A stretch of 52,936 nucleotides of DNA from an uncultured bacterium (lineage in GTDB: Bacteria > Acidobacteriota > Aminicenantia > Aminicenantales > Aminicenantaceae), in the NCBI GenBank assembly GCA_965602945.1, contig CBFDBC010000001.1, positions 1 to 52,936 on the forward strand, written 5' to 3'. The translations under genes and the position numbers were made by a program. This document shows positions 46,372 to 52,936 of the stretch, piece after piece. The notes under the pieces were generated by a model, which worked only from the letters and a program-made list of their open reading frames with translations, searched no databases and was not told the DNA's origin. Numbering within the stretch: the first letter of the stretch is position 1; every line of letters starts with the position of its first letter.

Positions 46372-48714
46372 CTAGCGTATCGCTTTGCGCGTGACCCGTG
46401 AAGAGGAAGAGACGTCCTGCTGGACCCTGCCGTATGCGGAGTCCGCGGCACTGGGGAGGTCGCTTTCATTCCCCTCATCATCCACAGACGTGACCATATA
46501 CACGTAGTTCTCAGCTTCTTGTGCGCTGGAAAACCCCTGGTCAACATACTCTTTTGTCCCAGCCGAGACCTCTCCGATCGGTGAGTATTCGGAAGCGGCG
46601 GCCGCCTGAGTTTTACGGTATATCCGGTATTTCGCGACCGTAAACAACCCCGCATTCCCGGGATTCTCATCCCAGGTTACCATGTTGATATAGTTGACAT
46701 AGAACGCGGTCCGGTTGAGGGCCCGGGTCACTTTGACGTTGACCGGGGGAAGAGGAGCGTCCAGCACACGAATCACCTTCCAGGCGGTGCCGGTTATTTC
46801 ATCATTATCCGTGACCGTCAAGATCGCGGTAAAATTCCCGGGGGTGGAATAGGTGTGATCCACCTGGGGGGATCCGGCGACCATGCCGTCCCCGAAATCC
46901 CATCTGTTGTTGACGATCGTGCCGTCCACATCGTGGGAATCCCTTCCGTCAAAATGAACGGCGAGGGGGGCCACTCCGAACTCAGGGTCCGCGGTAAAAA
47001 TGGCTTCCGGCTTCTGATAGACGGTGATCTCCTCCACGGCCTGGCCGGTCTTCCCTTCGTCATCCGTCACCACGAGCTTGGCTTCAAACTGGCCTCCGGT
47101 CTCATAGGTGTGGGTGGCCGTAACGCCCATGGCGCCCGAGCCGTCTCCGAAATCCCAGGCATAGGACACGATCTCACCGTCCGCATCTGTGGATTCAGAA
47201 CCATCGAAGACTACGGTGTGCGGCATCATGCCCTGGTTGGAGGACACGTTGATGACCGCCCAGGGATCGCCCGTCGTGGCCTGGATCTCCAGGGAATCCG
47301 AATCCGAACGGAAGTCTTCATCGACGACACTCAGTGTGGCGGTAAAGATCCCCCTGTCTTTGTAGGTGTGGCTGACCTTGGCGCTCCCGGATGCACTGGC
47401 ACCGTCCCCGAAATCCCACCGGTAATCGATGATCTTGCCATCCGCATCGCTGGATTGGTTTCCCTTAAAATCCACCGTGAGGGGGACGAGCCCGCTCTGA
47501 GGATTCGCCTCGATCACCGCCTCGGGAGCCGATCCGGGAAGTTTCACCTTGGAGTAGAAGATGTGGCGGGGATGGTCTTCATCGCCGTCGCTCCACACCA
47601 CATGGACGTCCCCTTCCCTGTCGGCGTCGATGGTCGGGTATTGTATGAAATCGAAATCGTCGTCAATGAGGATCGCAGGGGCCCAGGTGCCGTCGGGAAG
47701 TGCGCGGCCGTAGTACATGGCCTGCCCCGCGTCTCCCTTCCCGGCCCAGGCGGTATGCAGGAGCCCATGGGTATATGTCATGTACATGATGTGGGTGAAA
47801 AAGGGGCCTGGGCCCGAGCTGACGGTCTTGGGGGCCGTCCAGTTTTCCCCCTTTTTCTGGGTATAGTAGGTGGGGCCCCTCTGGCCGGTGTACACGATGT
47901 GGGGCCTTCCCGAATCATCAACATCCATGCCCGGATAATACTGGTTGCTGCTGGGAAAAAGCTGCTTGGCGGGCGAAAAGATCCAATCGTTCTGCTGCGC
48001 ATTATAGGATCCGGACGCATAGTAGATGTTCCAGTTCGATGGTTTGTGGTCATCGTCCATCCAGCAGGCATGCACGACACCGTCCTTGATTCCGAAGGCG
48101 CTGTGCACGGAAACAGACTGCCCCAGGTCCGAGATCGTGATCCGGTTCTTCTGGGCCACCGGCCAGCTGCCCCCGACGGGGTTGGTGACCATGACCACAT
48201 CCTGCAAACCGACCGCCTCATCGTAGTTATGAGACCAGACGATGTACAGTATGTCGTTCTCGATCCGCAGCCGCGGCCAGGACGAGTTCACGCCGGCGCT
48301 TTCGTACGCCTTCGATTTCCCGCTCCATTTATCCTGTTCCACATTGTACCAGCAGTACGCGATGTCCCGGCTGGCAGAGCCGCCACCATCCATGAACACG
48401 CAATGAACGTTGCCCGCGCTGTCCAGGGCCAGCTGAGCGAACGCGGACGTACCGAACTTGGGGACCACACGCTTGGCTGCGGACCACGTGCCGCTGGCCT
48501 TGAAGAAGCGCTTGTACTGGAGCTCAGCATCGGAATTGAAGTGATGTCCCTCGTTGAAAACCACGAGGATATCGCCGTTGTTCAAGGCTAATACAAAGGG
48601 CATCTCAGCCTGGCCATCGCTTTTATGGAGCATAATGGATTGAGCTGCCGCCGGAAGGGTCAGGATACAGCAGAGAAGCAACAAAAATATCATTTTCGTG
48701 ATGGATTTCGTCAT
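46372..48714 (-). CDS. Secreted paralogue: BNR/sialidase-like propeller + three PKD domains + FN3-like C-terminal module
   Basis: Signal peptide MTKSITKMIFLLLLCCILTLPAAA. SAFAQLALDSAGNVHCVFMDG, NWNIYY and DREGDVHVVWSD parallel 43810..46323. Three PKD units follow. The tail module has YINMVTWDENPGNAGLFTVAKYRIYRK...YVYMVTSVDDEGNES. Confidence 0.8.
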   Translation of the reverse strand: MTKSITKMIFLLLLCCILTLPAAAQSIMLHKSDGQAEMPFVLALNNGDILVVFNEGHHFNSDAELQYKRFFKASGTWSAAKRVVPKFGTSAFAQLALDSAGNVHCVFMDGGGSASRDIAYCWYNVEQDKWSGKSKAYESAGVNSSWPRLRIENDILYIVWSHNYDEAVGLQDVVMVTNPVGGSWPVAQKNRITISDLGQSVSVHSAFGIKDGVVHACWMDDDHKPSNWNIYYASGSYNAQQNDWIFSPAKQLFPSSNQYYPGMDVDDSGRPHIVYTGQRGPTYYTQKKGENWTAPKTVSSGPGPFFTHIMYMTYTHGLLHTAWAGKGDAGQAMYYGRALPDGTWAPAILIDDDFDFIQYPTIDADREGDVHVVWSDGDEDHPRHIFYSKVKLPGSAPEAVIEANPQSGLVPLTVDFKGNQSSDADGKIIDYRWDFGDGASASGSAKVSHTYKDRGIFTATLSVVDEDFRSDSDSLEIQATTGDPWAVINVSSNQGMMPHTVVFDGSESTDADGEIVSYAWDFGDGSGAMGVTATHTYETGGQFEAKLVVTDDEGKTGQAVEEITVYQKPEAIFTADPEFGVAPLAVHFDGRDSHDVDGTIVNNRWDFGDGMVAGSPQVDHTYSTPGNFTAILTVTDNDEITGTAWKVIRVLDAPLPPVNVKVTRALNRTAFYVNYINMVTWDENPGNAGLFTVAKYRIYRKTQAAAASEYSPIGEVSAGTKEYVDQGFSSAQEAENYVYMVTSVDDEGNESDLPSAADSAYGRVQQDVSSSSRVTRKAIR
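46765..47520 (-). repeat. Three tandem PKD-domain coding repeats (about 252 bp each)
   Basis: The cores WDFGDGASASG, WDFGDGSGAMG and WDFGDGMVAGS recur at 84-aa spacing. Confidence 0.85.
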
Positions 48715-48826
48715 GTTGAATTTCTCCTTGATAAAACGCTAAACATTACCATTTATGCCTAATCCTGTCAACAGGGGGGGACAGATCCAGGCTGTCGACG
48801 GTAAAGGAAAAATGGACACTGGAGTG

Positions 48827-50797
48827 TTACAAAATCTCCCGGATCTTCTGCGAAGCCAGCATGGCTTCTCCCCGTACGTCGTCATCGAGTGTCAGCGCCT
48901 CTGCCATTTTCAGGGCGGCCCGGCAGGCGAACTGGGGCAGTTTGCTCAGGATGTATATTTTTTCCTCCGGCCTCTGGGCCAGCCGCAGCGCTGTTTCCAA
49001 CAATTCGACCGCCTCTTCAGGGGAGCCGAATTCCTCGATCCCGATCATCCGGATGTAATTCCTGAGAGCCAGCACCCGCAGTGAAGGATCCTGTGAGGTT
49101 TCCGCAATCTTGAGAAGATCGTTTTTCGGGGTCGGATCCGGCCACTGCGCAAGCACATGAACCACCGTATCCCGGATCTTTTCTTCCGGGTCCAGAAGTG
49201 CTTCTTTCAGGGTGGGAAGCGTGCTGTTGTCCCCGATCCTGCCCAGGGCCCGGTACAGATCCCGCCGCCTCATGGTAACCGTCACGTCGGACAGCTTCCG
49301 CTCAACCAACCCCCCTCTTTTATCAGGGGGGTCGATCTTTCCCGCCACTTCGGCCACCGTGGAGATCCACTCCCTCCGCTCCATGACACCTGAAGCCCTC
49401 AGGAGCAGGTCGATCAGCCTGGGAAGATCGGAGGGCGGAGAGATCTCCCTCAGGGTCCGAATGGCTTCGCCCCGGTTTTGCTGCGTATCCGCCTCCTGCG
49501 CCAGGGCCTGCAGGGTCGCAATCCCCCTGACGATCCGCCTCTCCCCGACCGCCTTCATCAGTTCCCTCTGCACGGCGGGATCCCGGCTCAGTTCCAGCTC
49601 CTCGAGAACAACGTCATCGACCTGTTCTCCCTTCATTCTCCAGAGACTGCTCCGCGCTGTCAGCCGCTCCCGGTACCGCGACCCCGAGGCTTGCTGAGCC
49701 AGCAAGCCCACGGTTGAGGCATATCCCAGCGTTCCCAGAGTCTCCAGGGCCACCCGCCTCACATCCGGGTCCTGACTTTCCAGTGCCGCGACGGCCAGGC
49801 TCAGGACCTCGGGTCTTCGGTATCCCGCGAGGGAGGCCAGCAGCTGAGCCTGGTTCCTGCCCGGGAGACGGGGCAGGAGGCGGCAGAGCTCTGCCAGGGA
49901 ATGTTCGGTGAACACCTGGGGAACCATGGTGATGGCGGCGGTATACAGAGCCTCTTCGGTCCCAGCGAGCACTCCCAGGATGATGTCTTGGGCGTTTCCC
50001 GAAGAAACGGTGATCTTCCCCCGCAGGGCCGCCTCGCGCAGGTTATCGGGCACCCTGGCCGCGAGGATCCGATCATAGATCGAGCCGGCCTCCCGGTTTT
50101 GCCCACGGCTTCGGAATTCCTCGGCGCATCTCAAGAGCGAACCTGTGACCTGTATTCTTCTCGTGACATCCGGATCTTCCAGGGCGCGGTTCAGGAGGTT
50201 CACGGCCTCGAGGCCGGCGATCCGGCCCATTGCAGTGACGGCAGCGGATGCGATCCCCGGATCGGGGTTTTGCAGCTGCGATGCCAGGCCGGGTACCGCC
50301 CTTTCCATCCGGCGGTGCCCGATGGAAGATATGACCCCCGGCAGCACGATGTCAGTGGCGCCGGCCAGCAGCCGGAGCCAGGCCTCATCCACGGCCTCGC
50401 CCGGGATTATTTCCAGGGCGTATCTTGCCATATCCGATGTCTCGTTCGAGCGTATCAGCCTTTCCAGGACGGGGACTGAGGCATCGCTGCCCATGCCGCG
50501 CAGGTGACGGCAGACCTCCATCTTGGCGGTCAGGGTGGCATCGGATTCCAGGAAGACCAGGAACCGGCGTTCACATTTCTTCCTGGAGGAGACGTCGCCG
50601 CGCTTTTCCGAGACATAGCTTTTCAACCGCAGAAGGATGTCGTCGTTGCTGCCGTACTCATAGGCCCGGAGTTCGTTCAGGATCGAATCCAGGCTGCGGC
50701 CCCAGGGGAAGAGCCCCAAGTCGAAGAAGACGTTGCCCAGGACATACGCCAGGGCCAGCACCGCAAAAACCAGAAATATCACGCGCCTTTTATTCAT
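48827..50797 (-). CDS. Membrane-anchored HEAT/PBS-lyase-like repeat protein
   Basis: ATG 50797 gives MNKRRVIFLVFAVLALAYVLGNVFF (a single TM helix). The track extension to 50920 overlaps the upstream gene. The remaining ~620 aa are helical repeats of 30-40 aa with recurring D-P-x-V-R / A-L-G motifs. Confidence 0.7.
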   Translation of the reverse strand: MNKRRVIFLVFAVLALAYVLGNVFFDLGLFPWGRSLDSILNELRAYEYGSNDDILLRLKSYVSEKRGDVSSRKKCERRFLVFLESDATLTAKMEVCRHLRGMGSDASVPVLERLIRSNETSDMARYALEIIPGEAVDEAWLRLLAGATDIVLPGVISSIGHRRMERAVPGLASQLQNPDPGIASAAVTAMGRIAGLEAVNLLNRALEDPDVTRRIQVTGSLLRCAEEFRSRGQNREAGSIYDRILAARVPDNLREAALRGKITVSSGNAQDIILGVLAGTEEALYTAAITMVPQVFTEHSLAELCRLLPRLPGRNQAQLLASLAGYRRPEVLSLAVAALESQDPDVRRVALETLGTLGYASTVGLLAQQASGSRYRERLTARSSLWRMKGEQVDDVVLEELELSRDPAVQRELMKAVGERRIVRGIATLQALAQEADTQQNRGEAIRTLREISPPSDLPRLIDLLLRASGVMERREWISTVAEVAGKIDPPDKRGGLVERKLSDVTVTMRRRDLYRALGRIGDNSTLPTLKEALLDPEEKIRDTVVHVLAQWPDPTPKNDLLKIAETSQDPSLRVLALRNYIRMIGIEEFGSPEEAVELLETALRLAQRPEEKIYILSKLPQFACRAALKMAEALTLDDDVRGEAMLASQKIREIL

Positions 50798-50828
50798 ATC
50801 TGTTTCCGGAGCACTTGGGAGGATCCGC

Positions 50829-52133
50829 TCATTGATCCAGCTGCCAGGGCTTCCGGTAGGACCGTCCCAGGAGGCGGCCGGCCTCGGGATCTCCCAGGAT
50901 CGATTCCGTGTCCGGATCAAAGCTCAAGGGCCGTTTCACCTCCATGGCGATCACTCCCAGGTGTCCGACGCTGGCCGACCTGTGGGCGACCTCACAGGGG
51001 GTGATGGTCGGCTGGCGGCTCTTTACGCAGTCGAGGAAATTCTGGTAATGATCGGTGCTCTTGTACAAGCGGATCTCTTCCGGGCCGATGTACTCCTCGA
51101 GCACGCCGGTCGGATCGGCCTCCAGGGCATCCTTGTCGCACCAGATCCAGCCCCGTTCCCCGATCCACTTGACTCCCTTGCGGATCTCCGGATACCCTCC
51201 GGCGATCACCATGGGAGTCCCGTCGGCATAGGTGGCAGTGAGAAAGTATTCTGTGGCGGAGTTCCAGACTCCGGCGCGCGGGAACACTCCCTCACCCTCC
51301 ATCCTGACAGGACCGGTCAGATCAAACCCCAGCCCCCAATGGGCCATATCCACATTGTGGCCCACCCAATCCATGAGCTGGCCGCCTCCATAATCCATGT
51401 TCCAGCGCCAGTTAATATGCACCCGGGCAGGGCAGTAGGGCGCATAGGGCGCGGGGCCGAGCCAGAGATCGTAATCCAGATGCTTGGGTGGCGGTTCAAT
51501 GGTTTCCTGGCCCGCAGTCGCGGGATCGGCTTCATGGCCGGAGGACATCCCCACCTCCACCTTGAGGATCTTGCCCAGGCGGCCGTTGCGCACAAGCTCC
51601 GCGGCCCGGTGAAACTGTGCATCCGACCGCCGCCAGCTTCCGGTCTGCCAGATCGTGCCGTAGCGCTTGACGGCGTCACATAATGCACGGCCCTCCAGGA
51701 GGCTGTGGGTCAGAGGTTTTTCTCCATAGATGTCGAATCCGGCGCGCGCGAAGGCGATGGACATCAGAGCGTGCCAATGATCCGGCACCGCGATGGAAAC
51801 GGCGTCGATGTCCCGTCGGGACAGGAGGTTTCGAAAATCATGGTACACGGCGCAATCGCTGCTGTCGTAAAACCTGTTGACGATGTCCCTGGCTTTGAGC
51901 AGGTGTTTTTCGTCCAGATCGCATACGGCGACCCACTGGACATCGTTCTTGTTCAGGAAAGAATCCATGTTCCCCAGCCCCATATTGCCGAAACCGATCC
52001 CCGCCATGACGATACGATCGCTGGGGGCGACGGATCCGGATCTCCCCAAGGCTCCAGCCGGAACGATCGTGGGGAAACCGGCTACGCCTGCGGCGGCCAA
52101 CGACAACCCTTTCAGGAACTGACGTCGATTCAT
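50829..52133 (-). CDS. TAT-exported Gfo/Idh/MocA-family oxidoreductase
   Basis: Twin-arginine signal MNRRQFLKGLSLAAAGVAG, Rossmann motif MAGIGFGNMG and the mid-region AVPDHWHA. Confidence 0.85.
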   Translation of the reverse strand: MNRRQFLKGLSLAAAGVAGFPTIVPAGALGRSGSVAPSDRIVMAGIGFGNMGLGNMDSFLNKNDVQWVAVCDLDEKHLLKARDIVNRFYDSSDCAVYHDFRNLLSRRDIDAVSIAVPDHWHALMSIAFARAGFDIYGEKPLTHSLLEGRALCDAVKRYGTIWQTGSWRRSDAQFHRAAELVRNGRLGKILKVEVGMSSGHEADPATAGQETIEPPPKHLDYDLWLGPAPYAPYCPARVHINWRWNMDYGGGQLMDWVGHNVDMAHWGLGFDLTGPVRMEGEGVFPRAGVWNSATEYFLTATYADGTPMVIAGGYPEIRKGVKWIGERGWIWCDKDALEADPTGVLEEYIGPEEIRLYKSTDHYQNFLDCVKSRQPTITPCEVAHRSASVGHLGVIAMEVKRPLSFDPDTESILGDPEAGRLLGRSYRKPWQLDQ

Positions 52134-52167
52134 CTATCGTCCTCTGTGTATCGTGACGGCGTTTGGA

Positions 52168-52936
52168 TCATGCTGAGGACAGTGTCCGGTGGGCCGAGGT
52201 AAGGAGGTCTTGAATGGGGACGCCGTAGGGGCAGGAACCCTGGCAGTGGCCCGGGCAGCGTGCACAGGCATCGGCGTTTTTGCCGGGGAGGGCGGCGTAC
52301 TTCCCCACGGCCGTGGCCTTCCGGCCCTGGGCCTGGAAGTAATGGTGGTAGCGCATGATGGTGTTGACCGGTATCTGTTGAGGGCAGTCCGGCTCGCACA
52401 GGCCGCAGGCATGCCTGCAGTAGAACCGGCCCAGCGAAGACGCGTAGAGTGCCAGCCCCGTTTTATCCCGAGTATTTAACCTTTTCCCGGAAAGGCCCAC
52501 AAAGGTCTCCAGATCGGCGAAATTCTTGATCGTCAAACATACGGTGCCGGCATGGGGGTGGGTCAACGCGAACTTCACGGCCCCATTCCTTATCGAATCT
52601 GGATCCGTGAGATCGTGTTCCTGCATGAACGGTTTCGCCGAATCGATCCGCTCTTCCAGCCCCGGGAGGATCTTTTCCAGATAGGGCGCGGGCCGCTTGC
52701 CCTCGGCCACAGCCTTGTCATACACACTCTTCCTCTGCAGGTACCTCATGACCGGATCGGTCTTCATGAGAGCCGCCCCGACTCCCCTGTCGCGGCAGGC
52801 CTTGAGGATTTTTTCTCCCTGGTCCCGCTGCAGAAAATTGTAGGCGAAAAGCAGGACATCGAAACGACCGTCTTCCACGGCCGCCAAACAGACCTTTTCC
52901 ATGGACTCGGGCGCGTCTTCCCAGACGGTGCCATGA
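52168..52936 (-). CDS. Aldo/keto reductase with C-terminal Fe-S cysteine-rich domain (5' end outside window)
   Basis: The reading frame stays open upstream of the Met at 52902 to the window edge. It has an AKR-like middle region and a C-terminal segment CRHACGLCEPDCP...CARCPGHCQGSCPYG. Confidence 0.7.
   Translation of the reverse strand, partial: HGTVWEDAPESMEKVCLAAVEDGRFDVLLFAYNFLQRDQGEKILKACRDRGVGAALMKTDPVMRYLQRKSVYDKAVAEGKRPAPYLEKILPGLEERIDSAKPFMQEHDLTDPDSIRNGAVKFALTHPHAGTVCLTIKNFADLETFVGLSGKRLNTRDKTGLALYASSLGRFYCRHACGLCEPDCPQQIPVNTIMRYHHYFQAQGRKATAVGKYAALPGKNADACARCPGHCQGSCPYGVPIQDLLTSAHRTLSSA

Noticed and set aside
26446-48714. Interpretation as an exosortase/PEP-CTERM EPS locus.
   Set aside because: The ligase/ACP/deacetylase/GNAT set resembles such loci. 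However, no exosortase gene is present, and none of the four secreted proteins ends in a PEP-CTERM-like motif plus TM helix and basic tail.

Overview
GC-rich (roughly 55-60% by eye, not computed) chromosomal segment from an unidentified, probably diderm bacterium. I call about 45 protein-coding genes. I saw no rRNA, tRNA, CRISPR array, transposase or integrase. Region 1-13.6 kb is almost all minus strand and mostly housekeeping: a lipid kinase, stand-alone HldC, a DUF2061 protein, Wzm/Wzt glycan ABC exporter, an NPPY methyltransferase, an F1Fo ATP synthase operon b'-b-delta-alpha-gamma-beta-epsilon with no a or c genes, folC, accD and an atypical receiver protein. Region 13.7-48.7 kb is a large cell-envelope glycoconjugate island. 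It has two polyprenyl-phosphate-type GT2s, one GT4, three large polytopic (GT-C-like) membrane proteins, two extended SDRs, a DegT aminotransferase, a methyltransferase, a hexapeptide acyltransferase and an ACP/SDR/adenylating-ligase/CE4-deacetylase/GNAT cassette. It also has five radical SAM enzymes: four cobalamin-type, three of them in tandem, and one SPASM-type translationally coupled to an SLC1-family symporter. Four secreted beta-propeller repeat proteins follow, three of which share PKD and/or FN3-like C-terminal modules. The right end encodes a membrane-anchored HEAT-repeat protein, a TAT-exported Gfo/Idh/MocA oxidoreductase and a partial Fe-S aldo/keto reductase. The best candidate for an undescribed system is the tightly coupled rSAM-GT2-rSAM-rSAM-membrane-protein operon and its acyl-carrier cassette (19.7-30.7 kb). 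All functional calls rest on motif recognition by eye; no database search was run.
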